Below are positions 29,388 to 40,842 of a DNA stretch of 64,000 bases, one piece after another. The first letter of the stretch is position 1. Each line of letters begins with the position of its first letter. Source of the DNA: an uncultured Candidatus Rokubacteria bacterium (GTDB lineage: Bacteria; Methylomirabilota; Methylomirabilia; Rokubacteriales; CSP1-6); assembly GCA_963789955.1 (NCBI GenBank), contig CAWBMV010000001.1, positions 544,001-608,000 on the forward strand, read 5' to 3'. The translations under genes and the position numbers were made by a program. Below the pieces are notes generated by a model. That model was not told where the DNA came from and ran no database searches. It worked only from the letters and a program-made list of their open reading frames with translations.

Positions 29388-30179
29388 CTACGCGACGGCC
29401 GCGATCACTTCGATCTCGACCAGGAACTCGGGCCGCGCCAGGCCCGGGATCTCCACGAGGGTCGAGGCCGGGAAATCCGTCTTGTACACGCTGCGGCGCA
29501 CCGCGCGACCGTGCTGCTGCCAGGAGTCGATGCTCTGCACCCACGTCGTCTCTTTCACGACACTCGCGGGAGTCGCACCGGCGGCGCGCAGCACGTGGCC
29601 GATGTTCTCGTAGACCTTCTCCGCCTGACGCCGCCAGTCGCCGACGCCCGCGATCGAACCGTCGGCGTTGTTCGCGACCTGACCGGCCAGGTAGAGCAGG
29701 CGGCCGCCGTTGACGATCACGCCCTGATAGAAATCGCCGCCGTGATTCTCGACGTTGTACTTCTCGAGCAGCGGCTTGCCGCTGCCGGAGCCGCCGAGGT
29801 CGACGACCAGCTCGACCTCGATGAGCATGTTGGGATCGGCCAGCCGCCGCACGACCAGGCCCGTCGACGCCGGGCGAGTGCCGAAGAACTTGTTCCGTTC
29901 TGCGCGGCCGCTCGCGTTGTACGCGTCGAGGTCCGTCACGTACGTGAGCTGCTTCACGACGTTGTCGAACCTCGCGTCGGCCTTCGACAGGATGGCCTGC
30001 AGACGCTCGAACGTGCGCCGCGCCTGTGGTCCCATCCCGCCCGCGACGAGATTGCCGTCGGGGCCTCGTCCGGTCAGGCCGGCGGTGAACAGAACTCGCG
30101 ACGGATTGATGCTCACGCCGGGCATGAAGCCGCGGCCGCTTTCCAGGGGGCGTTCGGCAAGAATGTCTCGGCGATCCAT
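29388..30179 (-). CDS. Tandem two-domain Rid family protein
   Basis: Two Rid repeats ending PASTGLVV..LADPNMLIEVE and PASTLVEI.GLARPEFLVEIE; RBS AGGAGG. Confidence 0.85.
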   Translation of the reverse strand: MDRRDILAERPLESGRGFMPGVSINPSRVLFTAGLTGRGPDGNLVAGGMGPQARRTFERLQAILSKADARFDNVVKQLTYVTDLDAYNASGRAERNKFFGTRPASTGLVVRRLADPNMLIEVELVVDLGGSGSGKPLLEKYNVENHGGDFYQGVIVNGGRLLYLAGQVANNADGSIAGVGDWRRQAEKVYENIGHVLRAAGATPASVVKETTWVQSIDSWQQHGRAVRRSVYKTDFPASTLVEIPGLARPEFLVEIEVIAAVA

Positions 30180-30341
30180 CACGTCCTCCTTGCGGGGCAT
30201 ACTGCGCCGCGGCCTCCGGGTCGTCAAGGAGCGTCGCTCCGATTGCGGAGGCCTTGACCCTTTCGCGCTAGTCTCTATCATCGAAGTCCTGACGAGACGA
30301 AACGTCCGGAGCTCGGTATCGGCTCGGGACAGGAGGCACCC

Positions 30342-31179
30342 ATGAATCGACACATCATCGACCGCGCCGCATCCGCGCTGCTCGCGGCGACGGTGCTCGT
30401 CGCGTGCTCGACGACGACCGAGGAGGGCACCGTCGGCGTCCAGCGCAGCCAGCTCCTCCTGGTGTCGTCGGCCGAGCTGGACAAGGCGGCGGCGGCCCAG
30501 TACCAGCAAGTGATCCAGACCGAGACCCCCAAGGGCAATATCAACCGCGACCCGCACCAGACCGAGCGCGTCCGCGGAATCGCCAAGCGCCTCATCCCGC
30601 AGACCGCGGTCTTTCGCAAGGACGCGCTCGACTGGAAGTGGGAGGTGAACGTCATCACCTCGCCGGAGGTCAACGCGTGGTGCATGCCCGGCGGCAAGAT
30701 CGCGGTCTATACCGGGATCATCGAGAAGGTGCAGATCACGGACGACGAGCTCGCCGCCGTGATGGGCCACGAGATCTCCCACGCCTTGCGCGAGCACGGT
30801 CGCGAGCGTGCCTCGCAGCAGGTGGCCGCGGGCGCAGGCGCGAGCCTGGCGGGAATCGTGGCGGACATCTTCCTGCCCGGCAGCGGACAGCTCGCGACCG
30901 CAGGGAGCCGGGCTCGGTAGTCAGCTCGGCATCCTGCTGCCGTACTCGCGGGTTCACGAGACCGAAGCCGACCGCATGGGCGTCGAGCTCGCGGCGCGCG
31001 CCGGGTACGACCCGAGGGCGGCGATCGTGCTGTGGCAGAAGATGGCGAAGCTGTCGGGTGGGAGCGCGCCGCCGCAGCTGCTCTCCACGCACCCCTCGAA
31101 CGAAGCGCGCATCAAGGACCTGACCGAGTTCTCGCAGAAGGTGCTCCCGCTCTACGAGGAGGCCCGCGCCAAGAAGTAA
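30342..31179 (+). CDS. M48 family metallopeptidase lipoprotein (frameshift near 30905)
   Basis: Lipobox LVAC, NAWCMPGGK, HEISH, YSRVHETEAD, LSTHP. Confidence 0.9.
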
Positions 31180-31265
31180 GCGGATCGGTGTGCTTCTCGA
31201 AACGGCACCGTTCGCATATACTCGGCGCGCTCGAGCGGGAGACCGACTCCCGCGCGGAGAGCCAG

Positions 31266-32027
31266 GTGGCCATCCTCAGCGTTCGTGACGTCACGGTCCG
31301 GTTCGGCGGCATCATCGCCCTCGATAGGGTCTCCTTCGACGATCGAGCCCCGACAGATCGTGGGTTTGATCGGCCCGAACGGCGCGGGCAAGACCACCTT
31401 GTTCAACTGCTTGAGCCGTCTCTACACGGCGTCGGCCGGGACGGTCACCTTCGAGGGCGCCCCGCTTCTGACCCAACCGGCGCACAAGATCGCGGGGCTC
31501 GGCATCGGTCGCACGTTCCAGAATCTCGCCCTCTTCCCCACGCAGAGCGTCCTGCAGAACGTCATGGTCGGCGCCCACTGCCGCACGTCCAGCGACTTTC
31601 TGTCGAACGCGCTCAAGCTCGGCTGGGTCGGGCGCGAGGAAGCTGGATGCCGCGCCCAGGCCGAGGAGCTCCTGGACTTCCTGGATCTCGGCCCGGTCGC
31701 GCACCATCCCGCCGCCGGATTGCCGTTCGCCACGCTCAAGCGCGTCGAGCTGGCCCGGGCGCTGGCCAGCCGCCCGAAGCTCTTGCTCCTCGACGAGCCG
31801 GCCGGCGGGCTCAATCACGAGGAGGTCGGCACGCTCGGTGCGCTCATCCAGCGGATCCGCGCCCAGCGGGGCCTGACGATCCTGCTGGTCGAGCACCACA
31901 TGAGCCTGGTCATGCAGGTGTCGGACAAGGTGGTCGTGCTGGACTTCGGCCGGAAGATCGCCGAGGGTACGCCGGCCGAGGTGCAGCGAAATCCGGAAGT
32001 CATCCGCGCCTATCTCGGGGAAGCGGC

Positions 32028-32031
<4 letters not shown>
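31266..32031 (+). CDS. livG: Branched-chain amino acid-type ABC ATPase (frameshift near 31340)
   Basis: GPNGAGKTT, RTFQN, LLLDEPAGG, LVEHHM, AYLG. Confidence 0.9.
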
Positions 32032-32738
<707 letters not shown>

Positions 32739-32739
32739 G

Positions 32740-33621
32740 ATGGACATCTTCATCCAGCAGGTCGTGTCGGGCCTCGCCACCGGCGGCATCTACGCCGCCC
32801 TGGCGCTCGCCCTGGTCATGATCTACCAGGCCACCGACGTCGTGAACTTCGCGCAGGGCGAGCTGGCGATGTTCGCCACGTACATCTGCTGGTCGCTGAT
32901 CAACGCCGGCCTGCCCTACTGGGTCGCGTTCATCTCCACCCTGGGGATCGCGTTCGTGGGCGGCGTCGTCATCGAGCGCGTGCTGATCCGCCCGGTCGAG
33001 AACGCGCCGATCCTGTCGATCGTCATGGTCACGCTCGGGCTGCTGGTCATCTGCAACAGCGTCGCCGGCTGGATCTGGACCTACGTCCAGAAGCCGTTCC
33101 CGAGCCCGTTTCCGTCGAATCCGTTCAAGATCGACAACATCGTCTTCGGCGCCCACGACGTCGGGCAGATCCAGGTCACCCTGCTCGTGCTCCTCTGCAT
33201 CTATCTCTTCTTCCGGTTCACGCCGCTCGGCCTGGCCATGCGCGCGGCCGCGCACAACCCGGTCTCGAGCCGGCTGGTCGGAATCCGGGTGGGCTGGATG
33301 CTCGCGCTCGGCTGGGGGCTGGCCGCCGTGTTCGGCGCCGTCGCCGGGATGATGGTGGCGCCGGTCCTGACCCTCGAGCCCAATCTCATGGGCGGCGTGC
33401 AGATCTACGCCTTCGCCGCGGCCACGCTCGGCGGCTTCACGAGCCCGGGCGGGGCGGTCCTCGGCGGCTTCATCGTCGGCGTCGTCGAGAACCTGGTCGG
33501 AACCTACGTGAGCTTCATCGGCACCGAGCTCAAGTTCACGGTCGCGCTGGCGATGATCATCGTCGTCCTGCTGGTCAAGCCGACGGGGCTCTTCGGGAGC
33601 ACTGTGGTGAAGCGAGTGTGA
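32740..33621 (+). CDS. livH: Branched-chain amino acid-type ABC permease
   Basis: IYAALALAL..IY....VNFAQG, GLAMRAAA. Confidence 0.9.
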   Translation: MDIFIQQVVSGLATGGIYAALALALVMIYQATDVVNFAQGELAMFATYICWSLINAGLPYWVAFISTLGIAFVGGVVIERVLIRPVENAPILSIVMVTLGLLVICNSVAGWIWTYVQKPFPSPFPSNPFKIDNIVFGAHDVGQIQVTLLVLLCIYLFFRFTPLGLAMRAAAHNPVSSRLVGIRVGWMLALGWGLAAVFGAVAGMMVAPVLTLEPNLMGGVQIYAFAAATLGGFTSPGGAVLGGFIVGVVENLVGTYVSFIGTELKFTVALAMIIVVLLVKPTGLFGSTVVKRV

Positions 33622-34623
33622 GCGGCTCGCGTCTGCCGCGCATCGTCGGTCTGCTGGCGCTCCTGCTGGCGGCGTGCACCTTGCCGTTCATGATGAGCAA
33701 CTTTCGACTCTTTCAGTTCTCCCAGGTCTACATCTACGCGATCGCGATCCTCGGCCTGAACATGCTGACCGGCTACAACGGCCAGTTCTCGCTGGGCCAC
33801 GGCGCGTTCTACGCGGTCGGCGCCTACACCTCCGCGATCATGATGGACCGGTGGAACATCTCCTACGCGTGGACCCTCCCGGTCGCGGGTGTGCTGTGCC
33901 TGATCGTCGGGTTCCTGTTCGGCCTGCCCGGCGCTGCGCCTCGAAGGGCTCTATCTCGCGCTGGCCACCTTCTCGCTGGCGCTGGCCGTGCCGCAGATCC
34001 TCAAGTACTTCGAGCACTGGACCGGCGGCTCGCAGGGTCTCGTGCTGAGCAAGCCCAGCGCGCCGTTCGGCCTCCACCTGAACCCCGATCAGTGGCTCTA
34101 CTTCGTGACCCTGGGTGTGCTCGTGCTCTTGTTCTGGCTCGGGTCGAATCTGCTGAAGGGGCGGATCGGGCGAGCCATCGTCGCGATCCGGGACAACCAC
34201 ATCGCCGCCGAGGCGATGGGGATCAACACCGCACTCTACAAGTCGCTGGTCTTCGGGGTCAGCGCGGCCTATACCGGAGTGGCCGGGGCGCTCTCCGCCT
34301 CCGTCATCGCCTACGTCGCGCCGGATTCCTTCAACGTGTTCCTGTCGGTGACCTTGCTGATCGGCAGCGTCATCGGCGGCCTGGCGTCGATCTCGGGCGC
34401 CGTCTTCGGAGCCCTGTTCATCCAGTTCGTGCCCAACTGGGCCCAGGACATCTCGAAAGCCGCCCCGTGGGCGATCTTCGGCGTGTTCCTGATCGGCTTC
34501 ATGTACCTCATGCCGTTTGGCATCGCCGGGGGCATCCGGCTACTCTGGATCCGGGCCACCCGGTCTCGAGTTCAACAGGAGGGGCGGAGCGCCGTCCCCA
34601 CGCAGGCCCACACAACGACCTGA
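33618..34623 (+). CDS. livM: Branched-chain amino acid-type ABC permease (frameshift near 33930)
   Basis: GLNMLTGYNGQFSLGHGAF, GRAIVAIRDN..AAEAMGI. Confidence 0.88.
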
Positions 34624-34637
34624 ATGGAGGAGTCTTC

Positions 34638-35859
34638 ATGAGACGTACCCGGCAACTGCTCGCCATCGTGCTCGCGCTGGGCATGGCCGCCCTGGCCACT
34701 GTCCCGGCCGGTGCCCAGACGGTGGTCGGCGTCACCGCCACCGAGATCAAGATCGGCAACACCAACCCCTACAGCGGGCCGGCCTCGGCCTACGGCACGA
34801 TCGGCAAGGTCATCGGCGCCTACTTCAAGAAGGTCAACGACGAGGGCGGCGTCAATGGGCGGAAGATCAACTACATCAGCTACGACGACGGCTACTCGCC
34901 GCCCAAGACCGTCGAGATGGTGCGCAAGCTGGTCGAGCAGGATCAGGTCGCCGCGCTCTTCCAGACCCTCGGCACGCCGCCGAACAGCGCCATCCACAAG
35001 TACATGAACCAGCAGAAGGTGCCGCACCTCTTCGTGGCCACCGGCGCCACGAAGTGGAACGACCCGCAGAACTTCCCGTGGACGATGGGCTTCCAGCCCA
35101 ACTACCAGACGGAAGGCCGCGTCTACGCGGCCGCACGTGCTCAAGAACCACCCCAACGCGAAGGTCGGGATCCTGTACCAGAACGACGACTACGGGAAGG
35201 ACTACCTGAAGGGCTTCGAGGACGGGCTCGGCGAGGCCAACAAGAAGATGATCGTGATGAGGCAGAGCTACGAGGTCACCGATCCCACCATCGACTCGCA
35301 GATCGTGAATCTCAAGAACAGCGGCGCCACCGTGTTCTTCAACATCACGATCCCGAAGTTCGCGGTCCAGGCCATCAAGAAGGCGCACGACATCGGCTGG
35401 AAGCCCGTGCACTACCTGAACAACGTGTCGAGCTCGCTGGCCACCGTGCTCAAGCCGGCCGGGCTCGAGGCCTCGAAGGATCTCATCACCGCGCTCTACA
35501 TGAAGGAAGTCACCGATCCGCAGTGGCGCAACGACAAGGGCTTCACGGACTGGGTGGCCTTCATGAAGAAGTACTACCCGGAGGGCGCCCTCGACGACCA
35601 GTCGAACGCGTACGGCTACAACGTCGCCATGCTGATGACGCACGTGCTCAAGCAGTGCGGCAACGATCTGTCGCGCGAGAACATCATGCGGCAGGCGGCC
35701 AGCCTCAAGAACGTCGAGCTGCCGCTGCTGCTGCCCGGGATCAAGGTCAACACGAGCCCGACCGACTTCGCGCCGATCGAGCAGGAGCAGCTGGCGAAGT
35801 TCAACGGCGAGAAGTGGGATCTGTTCGGAGAGCTGTTCGACGCCTTCCGCAAGAACTAG
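34638..35859 (+). CDS. Liv-type ABC substrate-binding protein (frameshift near 35130)
   Basis: Signal peptide; EIKIG...YSGPASAY, GGVNGRKI, DDGYSPP, YQNDDYGKD. Confidence 0.88.
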
Positions 35860-35908
35860 CGGCCGGACCGGGCGGGGCGGTCGCGCGCGGCCGCCTCGCC
35901 CGCTTCAA

Positions 35909-36655
35909 TCACGCGCGTGCCACTTCTCCTTGTCCTGGCCGCTGCCGGCGCCCCGACGCCAGTACCAGATCTGAAGCTCGCGTCTGAGCCGACCGAGCAT
36001 CGGCGTTCGCGTTTCGACTCCCGGGGGCACGCGCAGGCTTCGTCTGATCGCCGGCAGCCGGACGGATCTCGGGCGGCGCCTGACCGCCGATCGCCGCCGG
36101 CGATTTCGGCTTGCGAAGCCCGAGGCTCCAGGGCCTGGACGCTGCGGTGCGCTGGGGTAGACCGCTGCTCGCCGCGTCGGTTTCGTCGATCTCGCTGACC
36201 GACGACGCGGCTCTGGGCTCGGACATGGCGGCGCCGACCGCGTAACCGGACGCCAGGACCTCCAGCGGCTCATCGGCCGAAGCGTGCGAGGACGGGGCGG
36301 CCGCGGGACGGCTGAAGAAGTGTGTCGTGTCGGCGGCGGTCACCGCCGCGACGCCGATCTCCTCGAAGTAGCGGCGGATCGGCTCGGCGTTCCCGTGGCG
36401 ATAGGCCCCGATCAGCGAGAGCGCGACCGCCGGGTGAACGCTCGCACCCGGCTCGTACGTCACCCGGCGGCCGAGCACCTTGAGATGTCCGGTCACGCGA
36501 TGGCGAAGCGTGACCTGGAAGCTCTGCGGACCCGAGCCCCAGTGGCTCGCATCGAAGCGATCCACCGGGGCGCACTCGCCGACGATCGTCCACGCTTCCG
36601 CGAATTCTCCGAGCGCGAGTGCCAGGGCTCTCTGGAAGTCCGCCTGAGCCAGCAT
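35909..36655 (-). CDS. Hypothetical protein
   Basis: 248-aa ORF directly downstream of the BON gene; globular N-terminus, low-complexity middle. Confidence 0.55.
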   Translation of the reverse strand: MLAQADFQRALALALGEFAEAWTIVGECAPVDRFDASHWGSGPQSFQVTLRHRVTGHLKVLGRRVTYEPGASVHPAVALSLIGAYRHGNAEPIRRYFEEIGVAAVTAADTTHFFSRPAAAPSSHASADEPLEVLASGYAVGAAMSEPRAASSVSEIDETDAASSGLPQRTAASRPWSLGLRKPKSPAAIGGQAPPEIRPAAGDQTKPARAPGSRNANADARSAQTRASDLVLASGRRQRPGQGEVARA

Positions 36656-36673
36656 GGTTCGGTGAGCGCCGAG

Positions 36674-37254
36674 CTAGCCCTTGAGGCCGAGCTCGTTTCG
36701 GACCGCCCGGACGCCGGGCACGCCGCGCACGACGTCGGACGCGTGCGACTTGACCTTCGGGTCAGACACCTTGCCTCTCAGGGTCACCACGCTGTTGTCC
36801 GAGCGCACCTTGATGTCGTAGTCCTTGAGCTGCGAATCCTTGACGAGCCGTTCGCGGATGGCGGTCGCGATCCCGTCGTCCTTCGCGTCGATCGCCTGCC
36901 GCTGATCGTCCGGAACGATCTGCAGCGCGTTGCTCACGTAGGCGACGCCCGAGATGTTGCGGGCGATGTCCTCGGCGGCCGCGCGCTCCTCGGTGCTCGA
37001 TACCTTGCCGCGCAGCATGACGGTGGCGGCCTGCGTCTCGACCGCGATGTGGCGGGCCTTCGTGCGACCGTCCGTGGTGAGCGCCAGCTTCGTCTTCGTC
37101 GTGATCCAGGAGTCCTTCATGACGCTGCCGTCGCTGCTCGCCTTGGCCGTCTCGTCAGCCTTCGCGGTTTGTGCGGGCTCGGCGACTGGGCCATCAGCAC
37201 GGTCGGCGGCAGCATCAGGGTGATCGTGGCCAGGATCAGCAGTACCCGTCTCAT
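36674..37254 (-). CDS. Dual BON-domain (OsmY-like) secreted protein (frameshift near 37175)
   Basis: RBS GGAGGAG, signal peptide, DSWITTKTK...VMLRGKV...GVAYVSNAL, second BON VTLRGKV...GVRAVRNEL. Confidence 0.85.
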
Positions 37255-37309
37255 GGCGTTGTCTCCTCCGTTTTCGGCCGCTTTTATGGAAGGCTCCAGA
37301 GGGGATTGA

Positions 37310-37324
37310 GCACGGGCGGTGCCA
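37310..37324 (-). promoter_or_regulatory. Putative sigma-54 promoter TGGCACCGCCCGTGC
   Basis: GG-N10-GC spacing with TGGCAC, about 55 bp upstream of the BON gene. Confidence 0.5.
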
Positions 37325-37453
37325 TGAGCGCGGCGGGCAAGAACGTCACAAAATCAGTCGACTAACGGGGCCTCGGGATGGCCAGAGTGGCAACGTCGTG
37401 CGAGGCGGGCAATCGCCTTGACCCTCGAAGCGGCCGCCGCTACGCTCTCGGCC

Positions 37454-37855
37454 GTGAATCGCGGAAGGAGCATCGTGACGGCGGAGCGGTTCGCGCAGGG
37501 TCTGACCTTCGAGCAGTACGTCGCGTACACCGGGACTCCCGAGAACCTCGCCCGCGAGGCCGGCTGGTGGCTGGGCCGCCGGCGAGTGGATTTCAGCGGT
37601 GTTCTCCGCCAGTGGTACGACCGGGCGCTCTACCGGTACTTCGAGTTCCCGGCGATCTATCACAAGATGCGCCTGGCCGAGGCGATGCAGGTGGCCAAGC
37701 CCGGGGAGAACCGCGAGCAGGCCTGGGATCGCTTCATCCGCGACTGGCGTGCGCTCCAGGAGTCGCCGTTCTTCCCGATGTGGGCGAGCGCGGCCGTCGA
37801 CGAGATGCTCTCGGCGCTCCACGAGCGGATGGTCGTCGGACCCGGTCCGGCTTGA
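37454..37855 (+). CDS. Hypothetical protein resembling N- and C-termini of a thioredoxin-like family (possible internal deletion)
   Basis: IVTAERFAQGLTFEQYV N-terminus joined to LYRYFEFPAIY C-terminus; no CxxC/SxxC core. Confidence 0.45.
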   Translation: MNRGRSIVTAERFAQGLTFEQYVAYTGTPENLAREAGWWLGRRRVDFSGVLRQWYDRALYRYFEFPAIYHKMRLAEAMQVAKPGENREQAWDRFIRDWRALQESPFFPMWASAAVDEMLSALHERMVVGPGPA

Positions 37856-37919
37856 CGGCGCGCCCGCGGCTGGCGCAGGATGGCGCGATGCGAGCGGGGC
37901 CTCGCCGCTCGCCGACTCC

Positions 37920-39101
37920 ATGATCACGGACACGGTACCGGAAGCGACCACGCCGTTGGCGATTGCCCGCGCGCTGGCGCCGCGCATCCGCGAGCGCGCC
38001 GCCGAGATCGAAGCCACCCGACAGCTTCCTCGCGAGCTGGTCCTGGAGATCGCCAGCGCCCGGCTCTTCAGAGTCGCGCTGCCGGAGGCCGAAGGCGGGC
38101 TCGGCGCCGACGTCCTGACGACCTTGCACGTCATCGAAGAGGTCGCGCGCGCCGACGGCTCGACGGGCTGGTGCCTGGCGATGGGGATCAACACCCTGCG
38201 GCAGAGCGCGCAGTTCGCGCCGGAGGTGCGCCGCGAGATCTTCTTCAGCGATCCGATCGGGATCTCGGCCGGGTCGGCGAATCCGCGCGGGCGCGCCGTC
38301 GCCGCGCCGGGCGGCTACCGCGTCACCGGCCACTGGTTCTTCGCCAGCGGCTGCATGCACTCCTCGGCGCTCCACGGCGCGTGCAAGGTCTTCGACGGCG
38401 ACAAGCCGCGCCTGCGGCCCAACGGCGACCAGGAGATCCGGATCGCCTACTTCTATCCGAAGACGCTCGCGCGCATCGTCGACACCTGGGACGTGAGCGG
38501 GCTGCGGGGCACCGGCAGTCACGACATCGAGGTCGAGGACCTCTTCGTGCCCGAGGAGCGGACGTTCTCGGCGCTCGATCTGCGGGCGCGAGTCACCGGT
38601 CCGATGAATCGCATGCACGGATTCGATCTGGCCGGGTGCGGCTTCTGCTGCGTGGGGCTCGGCGTCGCCCGCGCCGCGATCGACGCGTTCGTCGAGCTGG
38701 CGCAGATCAAGGTGCCGCGGTCGTCGTCGGAGCTCCTGCGTGATCGCGCGCTCGTGCAGGCCAAGATCGGCGAGGCGGAAGCGATCTTGAGGTCGGGCCG
38801 CGCGCTCCTGTTCGACATCGTGGGCGAGATGTGGCAGACCGCGGTGGCCGCGCGGCCGATCACCGAGCGCCAGCGCGCGGATCTCCGCCTGGCGATGACG
38901 CACGCGGCCCAGAGCGCGGCCACGGCGACCCACATGGTCTGCGCCACCGCCGGGACCACGTCGATCTTCACCTCGAGCCCTCTCGAGCGCTACGCGCGCG
39001 ACGCCGAGGTGGTCACCCGTCACAACCAGCTGCAGTTCGTGAACTACGAGGCGGTCGGACGCACCGTGCTCGGGCTCGAGTCGAACAGCCCTCTCTTCTA
39101 G
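37920..39101 (+). CDS. Acyl-CoA dehydrogenase-fold flavin-dependent hydroxylase (HsaA/C2-like)
   Basis: EEVARADGSTGW, GYRVTGHWFFASG, DTWDVSGLRGTGSHD, SPLERYARD. Confidence 0.85.
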   Translation: MITDTVPEATTPLAIARALAPRIRERAAEIEATRQLPRELVLEIASARLFRVALPEAEGGLGADVLTTLHVIEEVARADGSTGWCLAMGINTLRQSAQFAPEVRREIFFSDPIGISAGSANPRGRAVAAPGGYRVTGHWFFASGCMHSSALHGACKVFDGDKPRLRPNGDQEIRIAYFYPKTLARIVDTWDVSGLRGTGSHDIEVEDLFVPEERTFSALDLRARVTGPMNRMHGFDLAGCGFCCVGLGVARAAIDAFVELAQIKVPRSSSELLRDRALVQAKIGEAEAILRSGRALLFDIVGEMWQTAVAARPITERQRADLRLAMTHAAQSAATATHMVCATAGTTSIFTSSPLERYARDAEVVTRHNQLQFVNYEAVGRTVLGLESNSPLF

Positions 39102-39122
39102 TCCGCTCCACGTCCTCGTCCG

Positions 39123-39530
39123 CTACACGTTGAAGCGTCCGCGGAGCTGGCTGAGCGACGCGGTCAACGGCGTCTCGGAGTCGACCTGACCCTTCGGCGT
39201 GAGATGGTCGATCAGCGCCGGAAGCAGAATCGCGAGCCCCGCCGACGCCGATTCCGAGCTGAGATTGAACTGCTCGCCCAGGGCGCGCACGGTGCCCTGG
39301 CCGAACACCTGCGAGAACTGCTCGGCCGAGAGCGGCAGGTTCTGCCCGGTGCCCACCCACGAGCTGGCCTCGCGACTGAGCCCCGCGTCGGTGAACTGCT
39401 GGACCAGTCCGCCGAGCCCGCCGGGATGGCCCTGGATGAGCGCGGTGGCGAGATCCAGGAGCGCGTTGCGCCGCTGGCCGCCCGAGGGTTGGCCGGTGAG
39501 ACGACCAAGTACCTGGTCGAGAAGTCTCAT
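39123..39530 (-). CDS. yidB: YidB/DUF937 family protein
   Basis: GGLGGLVQQF..AGL...SWVGTGQNLP...LLPALIDHLTPKG. Confidence 0.85.
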   Translation of the reverse strand: MRLLDQVLGRLTGQPSGGQRRNALLDLATALIQGHPGGLGGLVQQFTDAGLSREASSWVGTGQNLPLSAEQFSQVFGQGTVRALGEQFNLSSESASAGLAILLPALIDHLTPKGQVDSETPLTASLSQLRGRFNV

Positions 39531-39756
39531 GGTGACCTCCAAGTGTCGAGCTCGTGCGAGCCGACGGTAAAACTACCTGGAGGTGTCCACCATGGGACCT
39601 TCGGCCCAGGGACTTTGGGCCGGACGGCGCGCGACTCCGAGCGCACCGCGGCTCGCCGCTCGCCGCTCGTCACCGCCCGTGTGATACCCTGCGCGCGGGT
39701 TTTGGACTTTGGTCTCCGGCGCGCGCGCGCCGCGCGCCGACGTCTTGGAGGGCACG

Positions 39757-40830
39757 ATGAGCACTCGCCGTGAGTTCGTCGAGGAAACCGCCAGCGGAGT
39801 GGCCGGCATCGCCTTCGTCGGCTGCAATCTCGCCGCCGCCACGCCGGCCCAAGCGCAGACGCGCCGCCGCGAGGTCGTCGTGAACGGCCGGCGCGTCAAG
39901 ACGGTCGACGTCCACGCGCACTGCGCCGTCCCCGAGGCGATGGCGCTGATGGGGCGTAAGGTCGAGCCGCAGACGTTGCTGATGACGCGGCCCACGGACC
40001 GGATCCAGGCGATGGACGAGCAGGGCATCGACGTCGAGGCGCTGAGCATCAATCCCTACTGGTACAAGGCCGACCGTGACGTCGCGCGCGAGCTGATCCG
40101 CATCCAGAACGAAAAGCTCGCCGAAGCCTGCGCGGCGCACCCCGAGCGGTTCGTCGCGTTCGCGTCGGTGGCGCTGCAGCATCCCGAGCTCGCGGCCGAG
40201 CAGCTCGAAGACGGCGTCAAGAAGTACGGCCTGCGCGGCGCCGGGATCGGCGGCAGCGTCAACGGCGAGGATCTGTCCGACCCGAAGTTCCATCCGTTCT
40301 GGGCCAAGGCCGAGCAGCTGGGCGTGCTGATCTTCATTCACCCGCAGGGAGACGGCGCGGCGTCCGATCTCCGGAGCCGGCTGAAGGGCAGCGGCGGGCT
40401 CGACAACGCGATCGGCAACCCGCTCGAGACCACGATCGCGCTCTCGCATCTGATCTTCGAGGGCACGCTCGACCACTTTCCCGGGCTGAAGATCTGCGCG
40501 GCGCACGGCGGCGGCTACCTGCCGTCCTACGCGGACCGATCCGACGCGATCTGCGTCACGTTCCCCAACCGGTGCACCACGCCGCTCAAGAAGAAGCCGA
40601 CCGAGTACCTCCGGCAGCTCTACTTCGACTCGCTCGTCTTCACGCCCGAGGCGCTGCGACACCTGGTGGCCCAGACGGGCTCGGGCCAGATCGTGATGGG
40701 CACGGACTATCCGTACCCGTGGACGACGACCTCGGTCGATCACATCCTCGGCACGCCGGGCTTGAGCGACGCCGAGCGCGTGGCGATGCTCGGCGGAACG
40801 GCCGCGAAGCTGCTCGGGATCAAAGGCTGA
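39757..40830 (+). CDS. Amidohydrolase_2 (ACMSD-like) family protein with Tat-like leader
   Basis: TRREFV leader, DVHAH, FIHP, AHGGG.LP, YFDS, MGTDYPY. Confidence 0.9.
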   Translation: MSTRREFVEETASGVAGIAFVGCNLAAATPAQAQTRRREVVVNGRRVKTVDVHAHCAVPEAMALMGRKVEPQTLLMTRPTDRIQAMDEQGIDVEALSINPYWYKADRDVARELIRIQNEKLAEACAAHPERFVAFASVALQHPELAAEQLEDGVKKYGLRGAGIGGSVNGEDLSDPKFHPFWAKAEQLGVLIFIHPQGDGAASDLRSRLKGSGGLDNAIGNPLETTIALSHLIFEGTLDHFPGLKICAAHGGGYLPSYADRSDAICVTFPNRCTTPLKKKPTEYLRQLYFDSLVFTPEALRHLVAQTGSGQIVMGTDYPYPWTTTSVDHILGTPGLSDAERVAMLGGTAAKLLGIKG

Positions 40831-40842
40831 CGCGGGACCGCG

